Positions 13,094-25,332 of a stretch of DNA of 64,000 nucleotides are shown in pieces. The position numbers and the translations under genes were made by a program. This stretch comes from Syncephalis fuscata S228 (lineage: Eukaryota > Fungi > Zoopagomycota), in assembly GCA_025786725.1 (NCBI GenBank), contig JAHLTZ010000009.1:718258-782257 (forward strand). Reading direction: 5' to 3'. The notes under the pieces were generated by a model that made no database searches, was not told the origin of the DNA, and worked only from the letters and a program-made list of their open reading frames with translations. The first letter of the stretch is position 1. Every line of letters begins with the position of its first letter.

Positions 13094-14406
13094 ATGGCTA
13101 CAGATGAGTCAAAATCGTTTACTCCTATTAAGGATTTGTCGCAACAGCAGCAAAATACTGCTATAAATCAACAAACCACGTCAATGCCGCCTACCTCTGC
13201 AGATATTGCCAAGGTAAGTGTGTATCTATGTATTGTATATTGTATACTATATATTGTGTGGGGTGGTATATTTGTTACTAATAATAATATAATTACTGAT
13301 ACGTATAAAGCTGTCACACATATTACGCGTCCGACTTCGGCTAGCAACCGTAAAGGCCGAGCGTGGCTGGGAATATTTGTCATTAAGCGAGACAGAAGAA
13401 CGATTACGTGATGAAGGCAAATCTATTGATGGCAAACCTACTAGTGCTACCTACTGCTGCTGCTGCTGCTACCAGTAATAACAATGACTATATTGATGAA
13501 TCAGCCGAATTAACATCATCCATTTATTCGGCCTTTAAACGATTAGCAAAAGATACAGAAGCTGAAGATGAGCAGAAAAGGTCAGCAATAGATATGGATA
13601 AAGCGATTACAAGTATAAGTACAAAAATACACGATAAACATGTAAATGATACGACCAAACATATTGGCCCACCCAATCGTGTTTATAGTTCAGCCAAAGC
13701 AAATGAACGGCGTAGACAGCGACAAAAACGACAACTGATCCATCGTCCCTATGAACGACAACGATCAAAGAGTCCATCGCTAGTAGAGGCCGCCCTATCT
13801 TCATCCCCGTCATCTTCATCGTGGCCACCGCATCATTACATCGCGCATACGATTACCAACGATTATGATAGTAATGACGATTATGAACTTAACGAGGATG
13901 GTAATAATAATACAGAGGATATTACTAAAGGCCGTAAAAGTGCATTTAAACAAACGGCAGAACACAGTGCACAATATTATGCAGTGTATAATCGATTAAG
14001 TGCTGATAATGAAGCTACGCATCAGTTTAATACGATGAACAATCAATTATCTACTAAATCGAATACTATTTCAACTATTACAAAAGCGATGATTACACCA
14101 TCATCATCACAAGAATGTGAAGTTCAAATGAATAATAGATCTATTCATAGTACTAATAGTGCCGCTACTTCATCTACTTCATCTGTTTCACCACCACCAG
14201 CAGCAGCAGCAGCAACAATGGCCCGCGTATCACCACGTCGACCTGATTTCAGTCTAGGTCGATTACCAACACGATTGGCCGATCCAACGGGTACTACACC
14301 ACCTACATCGCCGGATACCGAGCAGGCAGCCCGTCTAATGATTATGTTGGCCAATTCACACGACACGGGAAAAGAACAAACTGATATGACACGTAGCAAT
14401 CTATGA
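13094..14406 (+). CDS. Whi5/Nrm1-family G1/S transcriptional repressor (GTB motif); apparent frameshift near 13450
   Basis: Exon 1 (MATDESKS..DIAK), intron 13214-13310, then LSHILRVRLRLATVKAERGWEYLSLSETEERL. This frame stops at about 13475 and the low-complexity, SP/TP-rich remainder continues in ORF 13408..14406. Confidence 0.75.
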
Positions 14407-15278
14407 AAGCCGCTAGAACGATCTTTATTTGCATGTATCTTTTAGTTTTTTTAGTGGATTTACCAACCATTTGTTATTAGTTAGCAACGCTGCACTGTTG
14501 TCTATCTCGAGTCCGTCTGTTTATTACATTTTTATGTAAAGACCGCTATTACGTATTGACTATTTAGTTGATACCATTTTCTATTCTTTCCTATTTTTTC
14601 TTATTAGTATTATATAGCTTATATTTGATTTATTTGCATAGATTGTGGCTACTATTGTAAATAACGCGATAAATATGCATATTTCAATGTGATACTAAAT
14701 CATTATCTGTTACACATTAAACTATATCATAAATAATGTTTAAAACCAATCTCAAGCTGTGCTAATGTATCAAGCATAGTTGATTTGACGCTATAATCCC
14801 ATACTATCTGATATATTATGCCCATCATTATAGCCTTGTAATATGAGTAATAATAAAGTGTTCATCTACTATAGTTTATAGTGTTATTTCTAAATTTATT
14901 TATTTATTTGTAGCTATTTATTTTGTAATACATTATACCTTTCATATCATTGTAGTTTTGTGCTATAAGTAATAATACGGCGCTGATCTATTGTATCTAT
15001 GGATGTTATGTACGAATTATTTATTTATTTCGTGATATATATATATCATTTACAATATAACATTACATCTATCTATACGTGCCATAATAATTGTGTTTAA
15101 TGATCAAAACAATTTATGATTTGACAGCCCATTGTTTACTATATTTACTTTGTGTGTAAATGATTTTATTTACATTACACATCACTATATGCAAAAAAAA
15201 TAGATCGACCTGCTCCATAACCATTTTACTTTATCTATAATCGGCGCTGAATTTACACGCGAGCGGAGCAAAAGAGTG

Positions 15279-15351
15279 AGGCCCAGATGGGACTCGAACC
15301 CACAACCTTCGCCTTAGGAGGGCGACGCCATATCCATTAGGCTACAGGGCC
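15279..15351 (-). tRNA. tRNA-Arg (anticodon CCT), no intron
   Basis: GGCCCTGTAGCCTAATGGATATGGCGTCGCCCT-CCT-AAGGCGAAGGTTGTGGGTTCGAGTCCCATCTGGGCCT. Anticodon stem TCGCC/GGCGA and T-loop GTTCGAG; the acceptor stem has one T-T mismatch. Confidence 0.95.
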
Positions 15352-15795
15352 ATGATAAGCAAACTAAAATTTAACAAAAAATTGTCTATATGTAGCAAAA
15401 ATTAAAATTTTATTTTGTTATGGCTTTTAGAGGCTTAATTTTTAGATAAAATTACTATTGAGCTATTGTTTAGCCATATTAAATTATTAAAATACTGGTT
15501 ATTTATATAGGTCCAAAAATAATAAGTATGTAATAAAATAATTAAATATCTATTTATTTTTTATTTTCAATTTACTATTATTGCAAACAGTAGCTATTCA
15601 TCTATTTATTTAAAATAATATATTATTGTTCCATATTTTATTATGTTGCTATCATTCCTATCCATTCAATAAACTCATTTACCACATCTTTAAGTGGTTA
15701 ATTTATAGACATTACATGAAAGTAACAGCTTGATAATCATTTAATTGTTCGTCATTTTACATTATTAAATAATTTATTATTAGTTGTTTGTCAGT

Positions 15796-17535
15796 ATTTA
15801 GTATAATTTAGATGTTAAATGACTACATTTGACTACGTTGGCTCTATTAAACTAAACATTCATTTAATGAACATGAAACTATGTGATGAATGAGATCAGT
15901 GATTAAAATACTCACTATAGTAGATTTATTATTTAGTATGCATATGTTTACTACACTATATCATTCCCATTCTACAATATACTAAGCACATGCTATTCAG
16001 TATATATTCCAATGCACCCCATCTACTTCAATTATTGAGTTATATACAATACAGTTGAGCATCACTATTCATGTTTTTATTATTGCATATTCATTCTATT
16101 TTATATTATTCTACCAGCTACTGATTACACGCTATTGTAAAAGTTGTTTGTTGATTACCAACTGTATTTTCATACATATTTAATTATTTCACTCATCCCA
16201 CTCACTCGATTGTATAGACAATAACAGATTTGTTATTATTCATGTAGCTTCTTTTACCTAGTTGTTTACTCTATATCATTATATACTTTGTGAATCAAGC
16301 TTTATTAATAAAACTCATTTTTGTCACTGGCTATATTGCTTGTATACTTCGACCCAATTAGCTTAATCATTTAGATAAGCAATTATACTTTTATCGCCAA
16401 TATTATACACATCTTTGACCAACCATTTATATGTACAATGTTTTATTTAAAGTAAAGATGGTAATGGCCTTTAGAGTCATAGCTTAATGTTACAGCTCCA
16501 ATATAAAAATAAACTTACAAACAGTATTAGTCGCCTTGTATTCGCCATTAGTTAGCAAATTTACAATACGTTGGATTAGGAGCTATGAATATTGATAGCG
16601 CGTTTCTACGTTGAACTAGCACGTGTACAGAATACAATAAACAATAATTGCAAAGCTACTTATGATGGTTTTATTCTACTTAGCGAGGCACACGTAAAAT
16701 ACTTTTAAGCTGTACTATGGAAACACATAAGGCTATGTCCATATCATCGTTTATCTTTACAGAATACATACCAAACTGACAAGCTATAGCAAGATTTACT
16801 TGAGAATTTAAAGAAATGGCGCATATTTAAACTGTAGACTGGTGGAATATATAGCGGAAGGGAGCAAGGAAGACGATCAGCGGAGAGGTAACAGTGGATA
16901 TAGCCAATACAGCCAGCGTGCTGGCAACTGCGCACATACAGCAGCTGGACATGCTGCCTGTGGCGGCTATATGCTGCCAAAAGCATACAACGTGTTTTTA
17001 CAGCATATGCTCCACATAGCACAAAAACAAGCCACAAAGGCACTTACCGTGTCAAAGAAGTTGTCAATACCAATAAGCAGAGTAAATAAGGTGATTTGCA
17101 TAAATGTCAGATTGCAAAAGAGCAAGGCAAGAATGTAAATAGTATTTGTACTTAATTAGTATTAGACAACTACTGATACTAGCAAGGCAGCATATATAAA
17201 AGGTAAAAGTATATGCACTGGATACGTGCCGTCAAGTGTAAAGAAAGAGAAAGGACAGTGATGACGTAGATTATGTGCTGTGTTGTTAATATATGTGAAG
17301 TGATAATAGTGATGTCATTTGATACCAAACTACTCATTTTCATAGAACATGTTGTCAGTAAATAGTGAATATATTAAAGATAGATACTATTTAACATCAA
17401 ATCATACTATAATGTGATGATGTAATTATTCAATAAAACTCACCTTCCGTTTCCATCGTCAATAGATTGAATGTCTAGTTCAGTTACGCGAATATTATTA
17501 TATTTAATCATTTGACCACCAATCAAAGCAAATTA
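15796..17535 (-). mobile_element. Dispersed repeat family A, copy 1 (longest, 1.74 kb, inverted relative to copies 2 and 3); no transposase
   Basis: Reverse complement is nearly identical to 28218-29815 and 39742-41291. Degenerate subterminal inverted repeats: TGTTAAATGACTACAT (15813-15828) and ATTTAATCATTTGACC (17502-17517), 12/16 match. Confidence 0.85.
16827..16952 (-). CDS. Putative 41-aa Cys-rich hydrophobic peptide carried by repeat A (copy 1)
   Basis: MSSCCMCAVASTLAVLAISTVTSPLIVFLAPFRYIFHQSTV*, in a GC-rich island preceded by a GTAAGT donor and a TATA-like box. Confidence 0.45.
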   Translation of the reverse strand: MSSCCMCAVASTLAVLAISTVTSPLIVFLAPFRYIFHQSTV

Positions 17536-17646
17536 TTAATAAATTGGTAAATGAATTGTCAATTGTTAATAATCAGTGTAATAGACAGCTAAAAAGCTTT
17601 ATTATTGATGTTATATAATTACTATGCATTTATTATTTGTGTTATT

Positions 17647-19506
17647 TTATACTATGCATGTTTCTTCTTCATATACGTCGTCATAGTTTATTCGCTGGTG
17701 ACAGCGAATCACTTCGTTGGACCAGTTAAGGCGAAGGATTGCCCATACCTCGCCGGCAGCTACAATGAAAAGAGCAGAACATAGGCCCCACCAAAGACCG
17801 ATTAGACCCATGTTCATGTTAAACGTTAAATAAAGGCCGACTGGAAAGCAGACTACATAGTAGCCAAACAAAGTCAAATAGGCGCCAATATGTTGCTGAC
17901 CAATTCCACGCAGTATACCTGCGCAAACACCTCCAAAAACATCGCCAATTTGAAATAGTGCTACTATAGGAAGAAGATCACCAACTAGTTGGACTACATC
18001 AGGGTCGTCGTTGAATAAATATCCCCAGTTGTTTTTAAATATAAGAAGAATTGATGTATTGAAAGTCGAGACAACAACTCCTAATAGCAGCGCACTGTTG
18101 CATGCAAGTCTGGCGCGATTACTATTTTTTAAGCCCAGTTCGTTTCCAATCCGGTTACAAGAGGTGATGCTAATACCGGCTGGGATCATATACATGATGG
18201 TGGCTGTGGTCAATACAACGCTTTGTGCTGCCAATGGTATTGTTCCTAGATAGCCGGCTATTAAAGCAACTACTTCAAATGCCCACCACTCGCTGCAAAT
18301 AAACGCCATGCCGGATAGACCAAGTTTGATAAACTGGCCCCATCCACGAAACGCTTCGCGCGAAAATCCACCCCAGCATTCGCCACCACGCACGTAACGC
18401 ACATACAAAATGGCAAAACTGAGATTCAACCAGTGACTCAGCGACATGGCAATCGGTGCACCAATAAATCCTAATGCAATTGGGGGCCACCAAACAAGTA
18501 GATAGTTGGTAGCTACGTTGATGGGACTTGTAACCATTAAAATATACGTGCCGGCGTCCATAATACCTTGTGCCTGTAAATAGCGCTTCATGCACTCGAA
18601 CATTAAATATGGAACAAGACATGGTATACTCCATCGAATGAAACGACCACTAAGCGCCGATAATTCTTCGCTTTGGCCCAACTGCAGCAGAATGGTTTCG
18701 GCATACCACCACTAGTGGCAATTGGTACCGCCATTACAAGTAGAATAAGCATTGCGCGTTGCAAATAAACACCAAGTGCATGTGGATTTCTGCTAGCTGT
18801 ATATGCCTGGCTACCGAGTGTATCGAGTGCCGTAGTCATACCAAGAGCCACAGACCAACCGGTCACCGAGATGTACATGGAGCCAAGGGCCGATGCCGCT
18901 AATTCCAATGCACCCAAATGACCAAGCGAAAATACACAGGCAATATCAATCGACTTTTGTAACAAGTAGGCTAATACTACCGGGCGGCTAGTCGTGCCAG
19001 TGAGCCAACTTCTTTCAATAGTCTATGCGGTTGTATAATTTCATCTGCTGTAAGATCGTGCGCTACATGCTTAGTAGTAATCAATCGTTGGTGTTCATTG
19101 GACTTTTGTACGTGTAACCAAAAAATTTATCAATTTATCAATTAATCCATCAATCCATCAATCCATCGATCAATCAGTAAATTGTTTTGTCATTAGATTA
19201 GTTGCTATTATACAATAAACATTAAAAACATACCCAATCTTGCGCATACTGTCTTGGATGTGATTCAACAATGTCCTGCGGCCTATGCAAATCATTTGGC
19301 ATCTCCCCCTGATGAATTGTGCCATAAGAAGGTATATTACTACGAAGTCGTGGTGAATCCGGACCGTTACTTATTTCATCATATAGGGCAGCGGTAGAGG
19401 CGCGGTAAGCGGCTTGTTCGTCATTTGATAAAGAAGAGGGCCCGCTAGGTATTGGAATACTGGGTGCAGGTTGCGGACCGTCAGACGGAATGTTAGATGA
19501 GACCAT
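17647..19506 (-). CDS. MATE family multidrug/toxin efflux transporter (two apparent frameshifts, near 18985 and 18712)
   Basis: LGHLGALELAASALG; ALDTLGSQAYTA; LGVYLQRA; KRYLQAQG; LGFIGAPIA; ICSEWWAFE; LAAQSVV; RIGNELG; GILRGIGQQ; GLIGLWWGL. Confidence 0.93.
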
Positions 19507-20404
19507 AGTTTTGCTTTGAGTAGAGTTGTATGGTAAATAATATTTATCTTTTGATTTTTTAACTGTTGGAAGCAATTCCGTTAATGATAATGACAAACTA
19601 GAATAAAACTATAACAGGTACTTTGAATAAAGCTAATCTAGCCGCAATGCTATAACGATGATGTGATGGGAATTTGACAGAGAAAAGAATGTAAATTCCG
19701 AATTTTTAATTGTTTTTTAAAATAAAAGGCAGGACGGTATTTTTTTTAATTTTTAAACTGGTATTTAAATGAGTACTATTGAGTCGGATTTTTATTATAC
19801 AAATTTAGCCAAATATCAGTTATTTATAGCTGTATTAGATAAATAGTAATAAATAGATGAAACTAGTCATTTACTGTATACCATTATCATTGTTAGTTAG
19901 CATAAGTTGCCATTTCTAGTTATGCACGATACAGTCCATATTTAGTAATTCAATATGTCGATACAATAGGTCATTATTAATTCTATTCAAATAGAATTTA
20001 AAAGACTTTTTTAAAACTGGTGCTGTACTAGCAATGTTGCGGTTACGCTTTTAGCATAATCACCGAAGAATTGTTCAATGCCAATACAGTATGATCTGCT
20101 ACTATTGATATTACAAGAATCGTTATGGACATTACCCGCAGTAATAACTTTTAGCAAACCAAAGTACTAATGTAATATTAGTGACATATTAAAGTTATAT
20201 ATATTTAATAAATACATATAGTTGGCATAAAATAAAAAGAAAGGCGATGATGTAGGCTGTAAGTTGTGTAGTAGACAAACAGTATTTATAAATGAAGTGC
20301 TGAAATTGTTATCAATGAAGTAATAGGCGGAGCATAAATACTGAAAGTCAATTTATTCTAAATGTTGGTATATCATGGAACGTCTTACTAATGTGGTTTT
20401 ATTT

Positions 20405-21171
20405 CTTTGACTCCCACATTTAGAGTCCTCAAAGCAAAATTCGTTTTAATTAAAGCCAATTGTAACAAAGTGGCCGTAGGATGACCACTGTTACTGCTGT
20501 TATGCATAACAAACCACAAGTATAGTGTTTTTATTTGATTACTTGAAATTCATGAGGCCGATCGTTGTTGTTGGCTATGCATAGAAAGATTGATAGAATA
20601 TTAATAAAAGCCATTGATTGCGATTCCATATCGTCTCGCAGTTGTTATTGTTGTTACTACGTACAGTGTGATTTCTTTGCATCTAAATGGCCTCTTTTAT
20701 TTTCCAATCTTCTACTATTGCATTTTGGGCATATTTGTGATGTAAGATACTCGTCTATGGTGACAAAAAGGTAGGACGACTAGTATTTCTGATGTTCACC
20801 ATTCTCTTGAGCATTCTTGGTATCAACTTGGTAGGTGCCGATTATTTGCCAACCATCGATGAAGCAAATGGCCTCCATTATATGCAATAATGATAGGTTG
20901 AGTGTCTTTATTAAAAGTTCTTGTGGCGGCAGTTGTAACCAGATAATACGGCATACCGTCGAGGTTACTTGAATAGATAGCAATGTAAAATAAAATAAAT
21001 AAAGACTAGGGATTGAATAGTGTTTTTTATTGATGTTAAAATACGCATGCTATTTATATTGTTATATTCGGCATTATCAGATAATATATTACTGAATAGA
21101 ACAATAAGATAGCGATAAGAAAAAGGCAGTGAACTGAGTAAATAAAAAATGTGAAAGCCAAAGTACAGTAG
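20405..21171 (+). mobile_element. MITE-like family B, copy 1 (about 765 bp)
   Basis: Near-identical to 30152-30921. Ends CTTTGACTCCCACATTT ... AAATGTGAAAGCCAAAGTACA-GTAG form an imperfect terminal inverted repeat. Confidence 0.85.
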
Positions 21172-22307
21172 AAACATTAAAGCCATTTAATACTAAAAGT
21201 CGTTGTTATAAAACATACTGCCAATAAATTACTGAGTGTAATAGAAAATACAATCAAAGTCAATGCTTCTTAAGACAAGTGTAGTCATAAAAGGTGTAAT
21301 TACTAAAATAATGAAATGTAATCATATTTTAGAAGATGTAACAATAGACCAATAAATTAGATGAATGAATAAATAGTGTGATGTTAATGCCAGCAGAAAC
21401 ATGTACAGTATATTCAGTACAATGACCAGTGGTGAACTAAACCTTCTGATTTTTTACCACCTATTACTACAAGAAATTAAACTGACACTGCTGCATCAAT
21501 ATCATAATTAAATGTAGCATTTATTGTAAGTAACATGAAATACTATTTAACATTCATTAACACAATATCGGATATTGAAAATAGTGCAGATTAATTAATA
21601 CTCTGATTCAATCGGAGCTAATGTGCACTGTTTCAACAAACCACCCCCTTTCAGTAGTAAAAACTGATCGACGTTTATTGTTTGAGTTATGGATCTTTTT
21701 GTCCCCCATTTAAGGATAGGGACTCAAAGAGAAGTAGCTCCTTTCATGTAATATATGACCAAATTTATTAAAAAAGATAGATTAGCGACTTTAGATAAAT
21801 AAAAGCTATTGCAAGTATACCTACAATGCAAAACAAAAGCAGTTTTAAATCCATATGTTTCTCTTTAAGCGTACCATTACTTAAAGATGATCACAATCAC
21901 CATGCTTTTCAGTGTCTTACACACAAATGAATCAATTTTAGTGACGTATCGGTTTCATGCTATTCTTGGCTTAATTTCCAGCATAGTGCTTGGAATCGAC
22001 ACTGTTTCTACATAATCGTCGTATTTTCGTCATAAATTGCTTGGCTTATTATCACGTGACACAGACATATGTGATTCAGCTACACATGTCCAAACCTGCA
22101 CTACTTCCGCGTGGTAAAGATTTATCCAGCACATGTTTTTTCTTCCTTTAGTAGTCAGTCACATTTCTTTTCCTGCCTTGGCCATCCTTGTCTCCTTTTC
22201 ACCTGCAATAAATAGCCTACCCGACACCCCCGTTGTCTTACTTCTTCAATCGTTTCTTTTACTCTTCACTTAGTCTAGCACTATCTTCTCACCAGCAGTC
22301 TATCAAC

Positions 22308-22546
22308 ATGGCCCTCACCTGCACTGACATTTTCAAGTTTATCGCCGCGGTCATCCTTCCACCGCTTGGTGTGTTGCTCGAACGCGGCTGTGGTTGCGAC
22401 TTGTTGATCAACATCGGTCTTACGCTACTCGGTTACATTCCTGGTAAGTCTTAGAGTGTAGAATAGCAGTATGCCAGTACAGTAGAACTAATACAAATGC
22501 TATTCTAGGTATCATCCACGCCGTCTATATTATTCTCAAATACTAG
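22308..22546 (+). CDS. PMP3: Pmp3/RCI2 family plasma-membrane proteolipid (canonical copy)
   Basis: MALTCTDIFKFIAAVILPPLGVLLERGCGCDLLINIGLTLLGYIPG, then an intron, then IIHAVYIILKY*. Confidence 0.93.
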
Positions 22547-22851
22547 ATCAACTATCTGGCATTCTTAAAGACAACTATGTATAAGCTAGTTTTATAAACT
22601 CTTTTAAACTATGTGATAACATTATGTTGTGTATGTGTATTTGCAAATGTATTTTGTTAAGCTTGCCTATGCTAAATAAATGGCAATAGCTAAGCGTTTG
22701 CACAACAGATAATTATAGTTATCTTTTACAATGTTAATAAATTTCATATGCATCCCGCAAAGATAACGATGTTACAGTATGTGAAAATGTAGCAAATTAT
22801 AACATCATAGCAACAGTCGTGGCGACTACAGCTTCAATGTTTTAATTTTAT

Positions 22852-23495
22852 TGTACTTTAACTCCCACATCTGTCCTAAAGCATAGTTTGTTTCAATTGA
22901 GGTCATGTCATTGTTATACACAACATAGTTATACTACTTTTTATTAAAATATTAATAAATTGATTTGAACAAACAATGTAACATACTATTTGATTTTTTG
23001 AAACGTTTGAGCCCGATTATTATTGTTGTTGGCCATGTGTAGAAAGATTGATCGAATATTAATAGAAGCCATATGATTGCAATTCCATATCGTTACTCAT
23101 TATTTCTGTGCCTGTTTGTCATACTGACATCAAACTGCTATATAATCTATTTCTTCTCTATCTTGTTTCTGTTTACTTGAACCACACTTGCATATTGTAC
23201 CAATTATATTTAATAATCGCAATTATTTTATTTTTTTATACTTGTAGACCGTTTCAACAAGATATTTAACAATTTAGTGTAAAAAGCCTTTTATTTTATT
23301 AAATGTTATTTCAACTTCAACTAATACCGTAATGTGCATATTTAATTGCATTATTGTGTTGATAATTAGACATGAATTGATTAGTGTTGGATGCAATATT
23401 ATACATGTTATAGTGATGAGTGTATGTTTAATTGTATTTAAAAGTGTTGAGGGGTGAAATAGATAAATAAAAATGTGAGGGTCAAAGTGAAGTAG
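22852..23495 (+). mobile_element. MITE-like family B, diverged copy
   Basis: Starts TGTACTTTAACTCCCACAT and ends AAATGTGAGGGTCAAAGTGAA-GTAG. The internal block at about 23020-23095 (TTGTTGTTGGCCATGTGTAGAAAGATTGATCGAATATTAATAGAAGCC..TTCCATATCG) matches the other two copies. Confidence 0.7.
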
Positions 23496-25332
23496 CTCCA
23501 TCAAAATAATTACCATTTGTTAATGCCTTGTACAATTTTATGTCACGCCATCTAGTCTATTATATATTAGTTCATACTATTGTATATAACAGGTGCAATT
23601 AAATCTAATGCTAATCCCATTTATATATTGCATTATTATTGTTTATTGAATAATAGTGTGCTAATGCTTTATTACAGCACTGTTTATCCGTACCATGATG
23701 GACACACGGTGCCACGTCACAATATTACCAACTTGATAGCTTAACTGTCTGGATACATCATCTAATTTATTCAAGGCTCAGCTACAAACATACATTTCAG
23801 TAGAAAATATGTCACATGAGCCGTTTAATATTATGTGCTTCACAATAGCATGGCTGTGGCTCAGATATGCTAAAGTTGCTTTCCAGCATTTGCTACAGTT
23901 AAATAAACACAATATTTTATGACTTTTAACTTTACAGTAGCTAGACTGCTAGGATAAACAGCCTAATTGAATATACAAGACAAAATAAAAATGCAGGCCA
24001 TAGTCCATACGCTAGAGCGTATCAATTGCAAAGCACTACTTGTAAACATCCATTAGCACAAACATTGCTTATGCTGTAAAGCAGTATTGTATAAGTTTTA
24101 AACGGTAACAGTATATAGACACACCTGAGTAGATGCGATAGTATAATAGACTATGTCAATCATTTAGGCCAACCATATTACCGCTATGCTGTTAATGCCT
24201 CTGCCAAGTATTCACTAAATTGACTCATAGACAACAAATACATCGAATCGAGATACTTGTTCAGATCAGTGACCGAGAAACAGGTTTTTGAACAAGCAGA
24301 CTTATTTGGTTGCAAAAATAGTTGGAATGAAAGTTCGTAGAACACACATGAACTTGGCTATTGACCAAGCTGACATACACAAAGCATTAATTAACAAAGC
24401 TTACTCATTATAAAATGCACATATGTGCTTAATTGGCTAGTATAAAGCCACATTTTAATATCATATTAGCGTAATGTAACGTATTTATTAAATAGCTAGT
24501 TTGAAGAATTCAAAGTGTTGTTAGCTTCTGTAAACAAAACAAGCCAGCAATTGGCCTATCCTTCAATTAATATGGCATTAATTAGTGTCTTAAAAAGGAA
24601 AAATTAATTTATTGTTTCAACAACTTGAACAATACCGGTATTGCCTTTAGCAAAAAGGCTCCTTAAAAATTGGCCTTTATCGTCTGGTGATTTGTTTGTG
24701 TAAGCCTGTAGTCTTTGTAACATTCTTCGTTCTAGAAAGGAAAATCTAAGCTACGGCACAATCAAGCTTTAATATCTCGGCAATGATTTTTAATAATTCA
24801 TAGCGTTATAAAGAAATACATGTTTAATTATCATAGTACCAATAAAACAAATAAATGAGCAGAAATCCAAGTATTTTATTAAAAAACAATTAAATATATA
24901 GCTATTTTCCATTTAAATAATAAATAGCGTTAGGATATAAATAAAACAAATTTATTATAGGTATAAAACGTAAAAAGTCGATTGATTTGTATTACTATAT
25001 TCGACAATAATAGATTCAATCTATCAACACGAAATTATTAGTTGACAAATTTTTTCTATGAAGTTACGACGTGTACGACCAATAGATAGGCCTGTGTTGT
25101 TTTATCGCCAAGTGTATTTGGATTGTCAATGAAAGCTATTGATTTGCTGATGCCAAAGCTTGCAACAATAAATAGATATGCCAATTTAGTCCAGGTGTCT
25201 AAAGAGTGTAGCTATACGTACAATCTTCCAACCTAATATTTTACGGCCCAACATCTTTATCCATATTGGAAACTATATATTATTCTTTATTCTATTTATC
25301 ACTTAGCTGTCACATTTTAATTACTGCTTGCT

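Noticed and set aside
20565-20983. Short ORFs inside family-B elements as a transposase
   Set aside because: No DDE or HTH motifs, non-ATG starts, and the minus-strand ORF is frameshifted in the 30-kb copy.
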